In this document: piece after piece, positions 37,004-46,840 of the stretch | Layout: every line of letters begins with the position of its first letter | How positions within the stretch are numbered: position 1 is the first letter of the stretch | DNA from: Candidatus Anderseniibacteriota bacterium | GTDB taxonomy: Bacteria; Patescibacteriota; Andersenbacteria; UBA10190 | Length of the DNA: 64,000 nt | Direction of reading: 5' to 3' | Assembly (NCBI GenBank): GCA_021414205.1 | Contig: JAIOOW010000003.1 | Coordinates: 300,365 to 364,364, forward strand | The notes under the pieces: generated by a model | Told to the model about the DNA's origin: nothing | What the model saw: the letters and a program-made list of their open reading frames with translations, nothing else | Databases searched by the model: none | Made by a program: the position numbers and the translations under genes

Positions 37004-40000
37004 ATGAAGATGTCGTATTTTCGATATATTTTTTTAGGATTTGCTAGTATTCTAGCTATTTCTAGCGTTAGTTTCGCAAATGCTACGCCGCCCGACCCAT
37101 TCCCTGGCACGACACTCTCTGTAACAAGTTCCCCTTCCTATCCGAATGGAGCACCGCTTAACACGAACGTGACGTATACATTGCATGTTAATTTTACGAG
37201 TGCTGCTTGGAGTAATAGTAATGGCAACGGTGTTCATCAGGGCGGTAAGTGTGTATGGGCTATAAAGAACTCTTCTGGCGGAGGCGTAAATCAAACAATT
37301 ACTAACCCAAACACGCAAACAGATTGTGATATATCGTTTGCGGATAAATTTACATCTCAAAGTGCTGTTGCTACGTACCAGGTGACGATATCGAATTCGT
37401 TTAGCCAGTCTATCGTTTTATCTGGATCAGTAAAACCCCAGGCTTCCGGTTCAAATAGCGCCCCTTCTCCAAAGGCGGTCTATCTTATAAATGGAGTGAA
37501 GGCTGGGAGTTCTGAGCCAGTTGTTCCGAATGGAGCTAGTCTGCACCTTGTTGTTGATGGATCTGCAAGTACTGACCCGAATGGTTGGACAACGCCTGGC
37601 ACAGGAGTTTCCCAAGGAGGAAGTTGCGTGCTGTACCGCGGATCGTCTGTGTATCAGACAGTGCAAAACCCTGCTAGTCCTGATGATTGTAAGTTCGATT
37701 TAGGAACAGTCACTGTTAATAGTGGCAACGCTACTCAATTTTCTTTCTGGCTTAATGTTATCGATGCTGCTGGCGCAAGAGGCTCTTCAAGTGTTTCGGT
37801 TGGAGTAATAATACATCGTCCAGGAGCTATCGTTTCTGTTACAGGGGTTGGCGTTACTCAGAACGGTTATCAGAACAATGGCACAGCAATTAGTGTCCCA
37901 AAGGGTGTGCCAACGCAATTGTATGGCGATGGCTCTCAGTCGTGGTCTCCTTCGCTGACGAGTACGTACCTGTACGCTCAAAACAATGGCATTAACGCTT
38001 GGAACGATCCTGTTATGGGAATATCGAATGGAGGATCATGCGCATGGAATACGTCGCTTTCCTCATCAGCTTCGTATGATCGCGTAATTTCGAGCCCAAA
38101 AGATCCTAGCGCGTGCGGTAAAGGGATTGATCTTGGAATTCATACATTTCAAACATCGGGCACATACCCCCTGCTTAAAATTACGGATAATACCGGAATG
38201 GTTTCGTATGCAAGCGTTCAAATCAACCCAGTTACTCCGCCCGTAAATAAGCCGCCAGTTGCAGTTGCAAAAGTGAGCGTTGATGGATCGGTTCTTAATA
38301 CCAGCGCTGTTGTGCCAAGAGGTACTCCCGTGCATATAGTAATTAATGGAGCGAGCAGCACTGATCCGGATGGATGGACAACAGCAACCACAGGAGTTTC
38401 CCAAGGAGGAAAATGTGAGATAAATACGGCTCTCAGTAAAGCGATTCCGACTCCGTATGCGAAAACGATAACGAATCCAGCAACTGCTGCAACGTGCACT
38501 GTAGATTTGGGAATGCTGACGTTTAATGATGCTCCCGGAACGTATACCTATAATGTCTTAAGGGTCACTGATGCATCGGCAGGTGCGTCTCCTGAGGCTC
38601 AAATCACTATTAATGTAGTTGCTTCAGACCCTACTAATAAGCCACCTGTCGCGGTTGCCCAGGTTAAGGCAGATAGCAGTTTATATGGTCCCGAGCAAGC
38701 AGTTACTAAGGGCGTACCAACACATATTTACTTAGGTGCCGATACAAGCACTGATCCGAATGGATGGACAACGCCTACCACAGGAGTTTCTCAAGGAGGA
38801 AAATGTGAATGGAATAAAGATTTAAATACCGGTACCGCAACATTTGAAAAAGTTATACTAAATCCTGCCTCTCCAGTATCGTGCAATATAGATTTAGGGA
38901 TGCTTACGTTTAATGATGCTCCCGGCAGATATATTTACCCTGTATTGCGTATTACAGATGCTTCGGGGGCTGTTTCTAATATCGCGTCTATAACTATTGT
39001 TGTATTAGATAAAAATGCGAACCTTGCCCCGGTCGCTGTGGCGAAGTTCAGCCTTAATAATGCGCCACCAGAACCGCATATTTATGTGTCTCGCGGGGTA
39101 CCTGTGCGTATTGGGTTAGATGCTAGTGCGAGCTATGATCCAAATGGTTGGACGACCTCGTTAACGGGAATGTCTCAAGGAGGAAAATGTTTTTGGAATA
39201 CCAATCTTGATCAAAGCCGTCCGGTACCATTTGTAAAAACAATTTCCAATCCGGTGTCCTCATCGTCTTGTAATGTTGATTTGGGAACACTCACGTTTAA
39301 TGATCCTCCTGGAACGTATACGTATGTGTTGCTAAAGCTTACGGATGCAAGTGGTTTGCAATCTCTTGTTGCCTATGCGAATACTGCAACGCATGGATTG
39401 CTATCTCGCCTACTTCCTTCTGCATATGCGCAATCTGCCGACGGCAGTGCAATGGTGACGGTGATAGATGGTCCAACGCCAAGCCCAACTACTTCCGTAG
39501 AACCCAGCCCAACCCCGTCATGTAATCCATTTGGATATAATCCAAATTGTCCTCCGCCAACACCTACTCCAGACCCAACGCCATGTGTTGCAGGACAAGT
39601 ATGTGATACTCCAACTCCGTCCCCATCGCCTACGCCATGTGTCTCTGGTGAAGCTTGTGATACTCCAACACCGACTCCAACTCCGTCCCCAACACCCACT
39701 ATCTGCGACCCGCTTGATGTTGCATGTATTGTGACAAATACCGTGCCAACGGACTCAGTGCTTGGTGGTGTTGATGCTATTAAGGATGGAATTACTAATG
39801 CGATTGCGAAGATTTTGAACGTTGATCCAAGCGTTATTGCAAAGGCTATCGCAGAAAAAGCAAAAGCTATTACAAGTAGCCTCGCAGCTGCAGCTCTTGC
39901 ATTAAGCACTCCATTCTTAGCTTCAAACATTCTTCCAAATATCGCACAATGGGGGCGTTTCCTTGGCTCATTCTTCACTGTGCATAAGCGAAAAGATCGC

Positions 40001-40783
40001 TGGGGTATCGTAGTTGATAGCGATCTTGGCAAGCCGGTTGCTCAGGCAGTTGTTCAAGTATTTGATGCAGAGTTTAACCAATTAAAGGAAACACAGGTAA
40101 CGGGTAATGATGGTCAGTTCGGATTCCTGTTGCCGGTCGGAAAGTACTATATTGTTGCAAGCGAATCAGGATTTGTGTTCCCTGCTCGCAAGAAGCCACC
40201 TGTCACGTTGCGTGATGGAGAGAGAGTTTATCTCGGAGAAGAATTCGAGATTACTGACCAGGATCCGGAAAAGATCCCTCACCTTGTTGTTCCTATGGAT
40301 CGAGAAGAAACTGCTCCTGTCGGAAATACTGCACTGAGAAGGTATTGGGATCAGCTTATCGAGTTCGTCGACAGGGTTGGGTTTGTGTTCCTGTTCATCG
40401 GAGGTGCGATTAATACGTATTTGCTTCTTCTTGTACCGGGTAAGCTGAATATCGTATTTGAAGTGCTGTATTTGCTGTTATTTATTTTGAAATTATATAT
40501 TCTGCTTTCCCATCAGCGCGGTATCGGATCAGTTGTTGATCGAGGATCGAGGAAGATGCTTGATTTGTCCATCATTCGCTTATACGACGCAAAGACGAAT
40601 CGCATTGTGCAGACAAAGGTAACGAACAAGAACGGCCGATTCTTTATCTTGGCGCCTAAGGGAGAGTATACGGCTTCTGTGTCTAAGCCAGGTTACAAAA
40701 CTCTTCTCATTAACAAGCTTCACATCAAGAGTAATTCTTCAAAAGCCCTCGCCCTCGACTTCGCTCTGGAGCCAGTCAAATAG
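37004..40783 (+). CDS. Large membrane-anchored surface protein with six PKD/Ig-like repeats, Pro/Thr linker and carboxypeptidase-regulatory-like domains
   Basis: Signal peptide; NKPPVAVA..DGS.S.DPNGWTT..GVSQGGKC repeats; TPTPSP linker; TG.DGQFGF and TNKNGRF domains flanking two TMs. Confidence 0.85.
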   Translation: MKMSYFRYIFLGFASILAISSVSFANATPPDPFPGTTLSVTSSPSYPNGAPLNTNVTYTLHVNFTSAAWSNSNGNGVHQGGKCVWAIKNSSGGGVNQTITNPNTQTDCDISFADKFTSQSAVATYQVTISNSFSQSIVLSGSVKPQASGSNSAPSPKAVYLINGVKAGSSEPVVPNGASLHLVVDGSASTDPNGWTTPGTGVSQGGSCVLYRGSSVYQTVQNPASPDDCKFDLGTVTVNSGNATQFSFWLNVIDAAGARGSSSVSVGVIIHRPGAIVSVTGVGVTQNGYQNNGTAISVPKGVPTQLYGDGSQSWSPSLTSTYLYAQNNGINAWNDPVMGISNGGSCAWNTSLSSSASYDRVISSPKDPSACGKGIDLGIHTFQTSGTYPLLKITDNTGMVSYASVQINPVTPPVNKPPVAVAKVSVDGSVLNTSAVVPRGTPVHIVINGASSTDPDGWTTATTGVSQGGKCEINTALSKAIPTPYAKTITNPATAATCTVDLGMLTFNDAPGTYTYNVLRVTDASAGASPEAQITINVVASDPTNKPPVAVAQVKADSSLYGPEQAVTKGVPTHIYLGADTSTDPNGWTTPTTGVSQGGKCEWNKDLNTGTATFEKVILNPASPVSCNIDLGMLTFNDAPGRYIYPVLRITDASGAVSNIASITIVVLDKNANLAPVAVAKFSLNNAPPEPHIYVSRGVPVRIGLDASASYDPNGWTTSLTGMSQGGKCFWNTNLDQSRPVPFVKTISNPVSSSSCNVDLGTLTFNDPPGTYTYVLLKLTDASGLQSLVAYANTATHGLLSRLLPSAYAQSADGSAMVTVIDGPTPSPTTSVEPSPTPSCNPFGYNPNCPPPTPTPDPTPCVAGQVCDTPTPSPSPTPCVSGEACDTPTPTPTPSPTPTICDPLDVACIVTNTVPTDSVLGGVDAIKDGITNAIAKILNVDPSVIAKAIAEKAKAITSSLAAAALALSTPFLASNILPNIAQWGRFLGSFFTVHKRKDRWGIVVDSDLGKPVAQAVVQVFDAEFNQLKETQVTGNDGQFGFLLPVGKYYIVASESGFVFPARKKPPVTLRDGERVYLGEEFEITDQDPEKIPHLVVPMDREETAPVGNTALRRYWDQLIEFVDRVGFVFLFIGGAINTYLLLLVPGKLNIVFEVLYLLLFILKLYILLSHQRGIGSVVDRGSRKMLDLSIIRLYDAKTNRIVQTKVTNKNGRFFILAPKGEYTASVSKPGYKTLLINKLHIKSNSSKALALDFALEPVK

Positions 40784-40784
40784 C

Positions 40785-40853
40785 TTGACAATTGATAATA
40801 AGTGTACTACATTCACATGTTGGATGGTTTGATTGGTTGCTCTTTACAAGGAG
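40785..40853 (+). promoter_or_regulatory. TTGACA-N17-TACATT promoter with near-consensus boxA TGCTCTTTACAA
   Basis: -35 1 nt after upstream stop; motif at 40838-40849 overlaps SD AAGGAG. Confidence 0.7.
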
Positions 40854-40860
40854 AAGGCTC

Positions 40861-41337
40861 ATGTATCTGGATACGTCTGAGCGAGGCGAGATGAAGGCTC
40901 TTGTCGGAGGATTCTATGTGCGCTGGTATATTCGGAGATTGGACGAGATTAGCGGGGCGCATATGTTCCGGGTCACCATAGCGGCGCTGTTGTATGTTTG
41001 CGTAGTATTCGCCGTTGCTTTTCTGTCACAGGTCAGCGCGTACAAAACGTTGATAGTGTTTGTCGCACTTGCTCTCATGATTCTCATCGTCAATGTGTCG
41101 GATCGATATCGGAAAAAGAGAACCGAGGAAGAGATAGATTCATATCCACCCGAGAGTTGGGACCATGAAATCGAGCAACTAGAGGTGACGAGTCAAGAGC
41201 GCGAGTTGTTTCTGAGACTTCTTGAGGCGTTGCGTGGAGAAAGTAAGGAAGAGTTTCGTGATGCGCTTGATCAGGCGTTGCAATCGCCGGCACTATCTAA
41301 GCTCCGCTTTATTCGTGAGCTAGATTACGTGAGTTAG
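40861..41337 (+). CDS. Two-TM hypothetical protein (ORFan)
   Basis: SD, two hydrophobic helices, acidic C-terminus; terminator 41366-41394. Confidence 0.65.
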   Translation: MYLDTSERGEMKALVGGFYVRWYIRRLDEISGAHMFRVTIAALLYVCVVFAVAFLSQVSAYKTLIVFVALALMILIVNVSDRYRKKRTEEEIDSYPPESWDHEIEQLEVTSQERELFLRLLEALRGESKEEFRDALDQALQSPALSKLRFIRELDYVS

Positions 41338-41456
41338 GTGAATTATCGAAGCTTTGTAATCAGTCCCCTTTCGGAATACGAGGGGGATTTTTTTATGAAA
41401 AAGAAAAACTCTTGGAAGTCGAATGACCGCCAAGAGTTTTGAGCGTTAAGAAAGAA

Positions 41457-42689
41457 CTACCAACTACCAAGAGAACCTCCACCATCGAATCCTCCACCTC
41501 CTCCAAACCCGCTAGCATCTCCAAATCCAAGAGATGAATTGGAGGGCTGGTCCGAATGTGAAGAGTGGTCGCTGGACTCTGCTTGGTGATTAGTCGCCGC
41601 TGCTCGATTGACGCTGCTCTCAATTTCGCTTAAGAGCACATAGAGAATAATCCAGTCAGTGGTACTTAATCCTGAATACTGAGTCCGTGCTTGATCGTAC
41701 TTTGCTCGTGCATCTTTGAGATGTTGAGCTGCTTTTGCGGAGGTGCTATTGGCAAGCCTACCCTCCGCCTCCTCGATCATGCCAGGGATTCTGTTGAAGA
41801 GCTCTGGACCTTCTTCTCGTGCCTTCTTGGCGAAAGCAATTTCTTGCTTGATTTTGCGTTCAGCACTACCAAGTAGGAAATTAACTGATTCGAGCTCCTC
41901 TCGAAGTTTTGACCAGGCGACTCCCCTGCTTTTCGGCGTTACCTCATTGATTGAGGAAAGTCGTTCGGCCAACCCATTGAGATCAGTTCGCGTTTTCTCC
42001 TTAATTTCAGGATTTTTTGCTGTTTCAAGTGCTTGAGAAAATCGATTTGTAATAACCCCTCTTTTTTCAAGAATATACCTGCGATTCTCGAAGCGATTTG
42101 TCACAACGAGAGCAACAATCAGGATTAGTACCACGACGGCAACCCCCACGCCAATCCAAAGCCCAGTCGTACTGTCGTACGATTGTTCCGAGGAAGCGGG
42201 AGATGGTTGCTCTGAAGTCGTGTTCAGAGCGTTCATGATTGCGTGCGCCCCGCCCAAAACTCCTTGTGCCATGTTGCCTGATTTAAAATGAGGCAAAACT
42301 GCCAAATCTCTAATCTGGTCCGCACGGCTGTCGGTAAGCATTGAGCGAATGCCCGATGCTACTTCGATTCGCATCTTGCGTTCTTTTGGGGCGATGAGGA
42401 AAACTATGCCATTATTTTGGCCGCTTTTCCCCACGCCCCACTCTTTTCCGATTCCTTTGGCGTACTCATCCACGCTCTGGTTATTAAGCCAGGGCACGGT
42501 AACGACGGCTATTTCGATCGATGTTTCTTTCTCGAACGAGGCCAGTGCGTCGTTGAGCTCAATTCGTTGCTCGCTACTGAGCAATTGAGCAAAATCGTTG
42601 ACGTAGCCGGTCGCTTTTGGGTACTGCTGTGCATGAGTGATTGAGGCTCCGCTCAGGAGCAGTGTCACAGTTAAGAACAGCTTCTGCAT
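41457..42689 (-). CDS. TPM-domain (YgcG-like) membrane protein
   Basis: YVNDFAQLL, EIAVVTV, WGVGK..NNG, RKMRIEV, C-terminal FGGGGGFDGGG. Confidence 0.88.
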   Translation of the reverse strand: MQKLFLTVTLLLSGASITHAQQYPKATGYVNDFAQLLSSEQRIELNDALASFEKETSIEIAVVTVPWLNNQSVDEYAKGIGKEWGVGKSGQNNGIVFLIAPKERKMRIEVASGIRSMLTDSRADQIRDLAVLPHFKSGNMAQGVLGGAHAIMNALNTTSEQPSPASSEQSYDSTTGLWIGVGVAVVVLILIVALVVTNRFENRRYILEKRGVITNRFSQALETAKNPEIKEKTRTDLNGLAERLSSINEVTPKSRGVAWSKLREELESVNFLLGSAERKIKQEIAFAKKAREEGPELFNRIPGMIEEAEGRLANSTSAKAAQHLKDARAKYDQARTQYSGLSTTDWIILYVLLSEIESSVNRAAATNHQAESSDHSSHSDQPSNSSLGFGDASGFGGGGGFDGGGSLGSW

Positions 42690-42712
42690 GTTCACGATTC
42701 TTCCCTTTTGAA

Positions 42713-42792
42713 TTGTGTAAGAGCCTTTTCCAGTTGCCCTATGCAACTGAAAAATCCTTTATTATTATATGCTATTATTGTAAAAAAGTCAA
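42713..42792 (-). promoter_or_regulatory. TTGACT-N17-TATAAT promoter, hairpin and boxA-like GCTCTTACACAA
   Basis: -35 at 42787-42792, -10 at 42764-42769, TTTTCAGTTGC/GCAACTGGAAA hairpin. Confidence 0.7.
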
Positions 42793-42810
42793 GTTTATTT
42801 GTAAGAAAGG

Positions 42811-42881
42811 AGCGGGTAACGGGAATCGAACCCGTGTTTCAACCTTGGGAAGGTCGTATTCTACCACTGAATCATACCCGC
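42811..42881 (-). tRNA. tRNA-Gly(CCC)
   Basis: GCGGGTA acceptor, CGACC-TT CCC AA-GGTTG, GGTTCGATTCC. Confidence 0.94.
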
Positions 42882-42887
42882 ATGGAT

Positions 42888-43448
42888 TTATTTTGCTTCA
42901 ACCTCTCCCCTATCAATATTCCAATGGTAATGAAAAAGCAAGAGGATGATAGTTCGCTGATGGGCTAAGTCTTTGTATAAGTCGTCAGTATTTGTAATAT
43001 TTCGCTGTTTCATGAGCGCTTCTTGTTCCAAAAACGGTAAAATAATATTGGAATCGTAATCTGCGAAAGATGTAATGCCGAGCGGCCTGAGTGTCGAGAT
43101 GTCTGTGGTGTGCAAAATTGCCGTACGATAGCGCACCGCATCTTGTAGGCTGATCGGTGATTGAATTTCCGCATGGGTGATGAGATGGCGACGTATGATT
43201 GTTGTTAGTGTTGCCGCATCGGACGGCATAGTCTTCCCCGTCGCAGCGGCGAATGCAATATCGTATGCTCTTTGATGCGACCACTCCTGACTCGTAATAC
43301 ACCCTCTTGTACTGCACGCTATCGGCCACGGAAATGCCTTTGAAATGCTATGGGTAGGATTTGAAAACGAAAGCGTATATGCCCAGATGCTAATGAATGC
43401 AATAAGTATGATGATAATGCTGGTGCTTATTACCTTTAGTCTGTTCAT
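42888..43448 (-). CDS. Membrane-anchored hypothetical protein (SurA-N-like)
   Basis: N-terminal TM, helical body, coupled to upstream ftsB-like gene. Confidence 0.6.
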   Translation of the reverse strand: MNRLKVISTSIIIILIAFISIWAYTLSFSNPTHSISKAFPWPIACSTRGCITSQEWSHQRAYDIAFAAATGKTMPSDAATLTTIIRRHLITHAEIQSPISLQDAVRYRTAILHTTDISTLRPLGITSFADYDSNIILPFLEQEALMKQRNITNTDDLYKDLAHQRTIILLLFHYHWNIDRGEVEAK

Positions 43449-43825
43449 GAATTTTTGGTATTCACAAAAAAGAGATACCACCACTTCAGTGGATTTGACT
43501 GTGGAGGAGTTGCTGTCGCAGTTGTAGTGGGCGTCTGATTATTGGATGCTGCTGTCTCTGGAATGAGGACGACTTTTTCTCCGGGAGCGCGATAATTGAG
43601 CTGTTCGCGCGCAAGGCGTTCCTTATAGTCAGATGTTTTAAAATATTCGTTGAGTTGCTGTAATTCTACGAGGTGTTTCTGCATAGAGTCTACTTGCGAC
43701 TGTAATTCATGGATTTGGTTCTGCACTTGCCAGCGACGATTTACTTCTTGAGCGAGCGACAAGATAATAAGCAGTACGATAATACTTGCTGTAATAAGGA
43801 CGATATTTGGTCGAAATCGAGCCAT
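43445..43825 (-). CDS. Septum formation initiator (FtsB/DivIC family)
   Basis: TM, coiled coil, YKERLAREQLNY..PGEKV. Confidence 0.85.
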   Translation of the reverse strand: MARFRPNIVLITASIIVLLIILSLAQEVNRRWQVQNQIHELQSQVDSMQKHLVELQQLNEYFKTSDYKERLAREQLNYRAPGEKVVLIPETAASNNQTPTTTATATPPQSNPLKWWYLFFVNTKNS

Positions 43826-43832
43826 AGGCTAT

Positions 43833-44879
43833 TTACGAAGCTTGTTTCGCGAGTGTGATAGAGGTGGAAATGCCATTGCGCAATACGGTGAGCTGAATTT
43901 GATTGCCCGTAAGAAGATTTGTGATATTGCTATCCCAGCTGACGGTGCTTGTGTTTACTGCCGTAATAATGTCGCCAGTCTTTAGCTCTCCTTGAGAAGC
44001 GATGCTTTTCGGTGCGACGGACTGCACTACTGCTTTTATTCCTAAGTGAGATTGAGCATCTTCCTGGAGGCTCCAGCTGATGGTGAATCCAAGATCAGTA
44101 AACGGATTGTAAGAAAGTGTATTCGACGAAAGTCTTGAAATCGCTTGTGCGACGTCTGAAGCTAGTACGACAGATGATCCATCATCAGTAAGTAATAGCC
44201 CTGCAAGCTTCCCATCTTCGTCCAATATTGCAGATCCTGGTACTGCGTTTGTTATCATTTGGATTCCTCCTATCTGCTGAATTCCTTCAGGCGTGTCTGC
44301 TGACGCGGGATGAATTTGGGACATGATAGTTTCTTGAATAAGAGGAGATGTTGTGACAGATGATCGGGACAATACCAAAAAAGTAGATCCGATTTTTGGT
44401 GTCGTTTGATTTACATCAATAGGATTTATGAGCGCATTTTGCAGTTTGAAAAAATGTATTCCTGTAAGTACATCCGTTCCGATTTGTGTAGCTTCAATGA
44501 GGGTGGCATCTTCTCCGAGTGCGAATACCGGGTCAGTGCCGCCGTTTTGGGTCGAAGCAATAATTCCATCGTTTGTAACGGCGACCCCGGTTGCAAATAC
44601 TTTTACGCCCTTAGCTGTTTTGTGAACAAGAAGAAAAATAGATTTGGACTTGGACGCCACAACGTCGGATGCGAGCTTGCCAGGAGAGACAGTCACTTGT
44701 TGTGATACAGGAATCATTGTTCCTGAACTGTTTTGCGATGATGGAGATACTTCTATGCGCGCTGTTTTATTGATATGCGATCCTATGTATCCGCCAATTG
44801 CACCTACGCATGCAAGTAGGGCGACAATTGCAATAAGCATACCGAGAGAAAATTTTACTGTTTTTGGTTCTGAGGCCAT
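43833..44879 (-). CDS. Trypsin-like/PDZ (HtrA-like) protein, catalytic triad apparently lost
   Basis: TGVAVTNDGII, PKIG, GSAILD..GKLAG, PDZ LKTGDIITAVN. Confidence 0.7.
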   Translation of the reverse strand: MASEPKTVKFSLGMLIAIVALLACVGAIGGYIGSHINKTARIEVSPSSQNSSGTMIPVSQQVTVSPGKLASDVVASKSKSIFLLVHKTAKGVKVFATGVAVTNDGIIASTQNGGTDPVFALGEDATLIEATQIGTDVLTGIHFFKLQNALINPIDVNQTTPKIGSTFLVLSRSSVTTSPLIQETIMSQIHPASADTPEGIQQIGGIQMITNAVPGSAILDEDGKLAGLLLTDDGSSVVLASDVAQAISRLSSNTLSYNPFTDLGFTISWSLQEDAQSHLGIKAVVQSVAPKSIASQGELKTGDIITAVNTSTVSWDSNITNLLTGNQIQLTVLRNGISTSITLAKQAS

Positions 44880-44897
44880 GTGTGTAGTATAGCAAAT

Positions 44898-45638
44898 TTA
44901 TGACCAATGCGCTGTAGCAAGCAAGAAAGCAATGCCGACTGCCCCTGCGATGGCAAGTTCAATCATAAAACGGCGCGTTAATCGCCGTTCGTACGTCGAA
45001 GCGATAATTTGCATTGATGCATAATACAAGGAAACGATGAGTCCCGATTGAACAATAAAATTCATTGGTAAGAATTGCAGAATCCATACCGTTTCCGTTA
45101 ATACGAGGCCAAGTGCGAGCGATAGCAGCGCCGTTTCTTGTATGGATCGGGTATATCGAACAAGCGATTGAAACGCCGTAAGACTGATAACTGGAAATAG
45201 TATTGCAACTATGTAGCCTACCGAGGTGTATAAGTAAAATCTCCAGCCGATTACAGATGCTGTGCACGCAAATAAAACGACCAGGGATATAGTCAGGTTC
45301 CATGTAGGCCATGCTTGCTTTGCGCCGTATTTAAGAATGGCAAAGAAGATAATTGAGCAAATAATGAAATAGATATGCAAGAAGAATGTTTGCGGGAGGT
45401 ATATCGCGAATGCAGTAAACCCGAACGCCGCAAGCGTTGGTAGGATTGCCTGCGTTGGATGGAAGTCAGAGCCTTCTTCTGATCGTATTAAAATAATGCC
45501 GATAATGAGTACAGCTACAATAATAAAAAACAGCAACACAGGCCATCTGCTTAACGCAAACCAAACCTCTGTTCCGATAAGGTAGAACAGGGATAAGAGC
45601 GCGTAATGTGATGATGGGAATATGCGCCGTATATTCAT
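44898..45638 (-). CDS. Multi-pass membrane protein
   Basis: About 8-9 hydrophobic segments; E..W.LQFLP. Confidence 0.7.
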   Translation of the reverse strand: MNIRRIFPSSHYALLSLFYLIGTEVWFALSRWPVLLFFIIVAVLIIGIILIRSEEGSDFHPTQAILPTLAAFGFTAFAIYLPQTFFLHIYFIICSIIFFAILKYGAKQAWPTWNLTISLVVLFACTASVIGWRFYLYTSVGYIVAILFPVISLTAFQSLVRYTRSIQETALLSLALGLVLTETVWILQFLPMNFIVQSGLIVSLYYASMQIIASTYERRLTRRFMIELAIAGAVGIAFLLATAHWS

Positions 45639-45647
45639 GGGGCGGAA

Positions 45648-46571
45648 TTATTTTGGAAGTCTGCTGATGTAGTCCCCTGCTGAAAGCGCGGCGGAGCATC
45701 CGTGACCTGCTGCAACTACTATTTGCGCATCGCGGATATCAGTAACGTCTCCTGCTGCGAAGAATCCGGGAACGCTTGTTACAGCGTATCTGTCCGCGGG
45801 GATGGCTTTAAATTTGTTAAGCTCGATTAAATCTTTTACGGGTTCCGTGTTTGGATTAGCTCCGATAGTTACGAATATGCCCTCAACGGCGAGAGTCGTT
45901 TCCTCTTGAGTTGCTTTGTTCTTGTACGATAATCCCGATACGAGCTGTTCGCCGGTAATGCCCGTTGTCTGAGTGTTGTAGAGAATAGTTACCTTCGGGT
46001 CGTTTTCGAAGTTTGCTATGAGTACAGGATCGGCATTGAGTTTGTCTGTGTCGTGGAGAAGGTAAATATGCGAAGCAATTTTTTGCAACATAATAACAGC
46101 TTCCGCGCCTGTATTCCCTCCGCCGATTACTGCAACGTCTTTTCCTCCGAACAAGGGCGCATCGCATGTCGCACAATAAGTCACTCCTAAGTTCCTGTGC
46201 TCCTCTTCTCCCGGTACTCCGAGCATTCGCGGATGCCGGCCTGCCGTATAAATAACAGTTTTGCTTTGAAATTCTTTTCCGGATTCCGTTAGGGAAGTAA
46301 ATGTGTTTTCATCCTTTGTGATCTTCGCAACTTTATCTTGCACTACTTCCACTCCGTCCGCATGATCTTGCAAATGCGCAATCATTTTATCGGCAAGCGC
46401 ATTGCCGTCTGTGGTGCGGTCGCCTGGCCAGTTTTCGATATCTCCGGAATTGCGCACTTCCCCGCCCGGCAAATCGCCTATTAATACTACTGAAAGTTTT
46501 TTGCGAGCAGCGTAAATTCCGGCAGTAATTCCCGCAGGTCCGTAGCCAACAATTAGAACATCGTATGTCAT
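45648..46571 (-). CDS. trxB: Thioredoxin reductase
   Basis: G.GPAG, CATCDAP, GGGNTG, FAAGDV. Confidence 0.92.
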   Translation of the reverse strand: MTYDVLIVGYGPAGITAGIYAARKKLSVVLIGDLPGGEVRNSGDIENWPGDRTTDGNALADKMIAHLQDHADGVEVVQDKVAKITKDENTFTSLTESGKEFQSKTVIYTAGRHPRMLGVPGEEEHRNLGVTYCATCDAPLFGGKDVAVIGGGNTGAEAVIMLQKIASHIYLLHDTDKLNADPVLIANFENDPKVTILYNTQTTGITGEQLVSGLSYKNKATQEETTLAVEGIFVTIGANPNTEPVKDLIELNKFKAIPADRYAVTSVPGFFAAGDVTDIRDAQIVVAAGHGCSAALSAGDYISRLPK

Positions 46572-46816
46572 AATGTGATATTTAATGCCGTAGCTAATGC
46601 TTCTCGATCGTATCCGATGATCATTTGTTCGTTTGGAGCCTCACCAATTAAAATAACAGGCACGCCCATTTGTCCGGAACGTTCTATCATTGCGCGCGCC
46701 TGGGATTGATCGTTGCTGACGTCTATCTCGGTATAAGCGATATCATGTTCTTTGAAGAACTCTTTAGTGGCTTTACAATATCCGCAAGTTTTGGTGGTGT
46801 AGATTGTAACTTTCAT
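46568..46816 (-). CDS. Glutaredoxin-like protein (NrdH/YruB type)
   Basis: CGYC, SGQMGVPVI. Confidence 0.9.
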   Translation of the reverse strand: MKVTIYTTKTCGYCKATKEFFKEHDIAYTEIDVSNDQSQARAMIERSGQMGVPVILIGEAPNEQMIIGYDREALATALNITL

Positions 46817-46840
46817 ACGTACCATGATACCGTATGAGAT

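Noticed and set aside
39470..39705. Tandem ccaactcc-type DNA repeats as a CRISPR or VNTR locus
   Set aside because: They encode the Pro/Thr linker of the surface protein; no repeat-spacer structure
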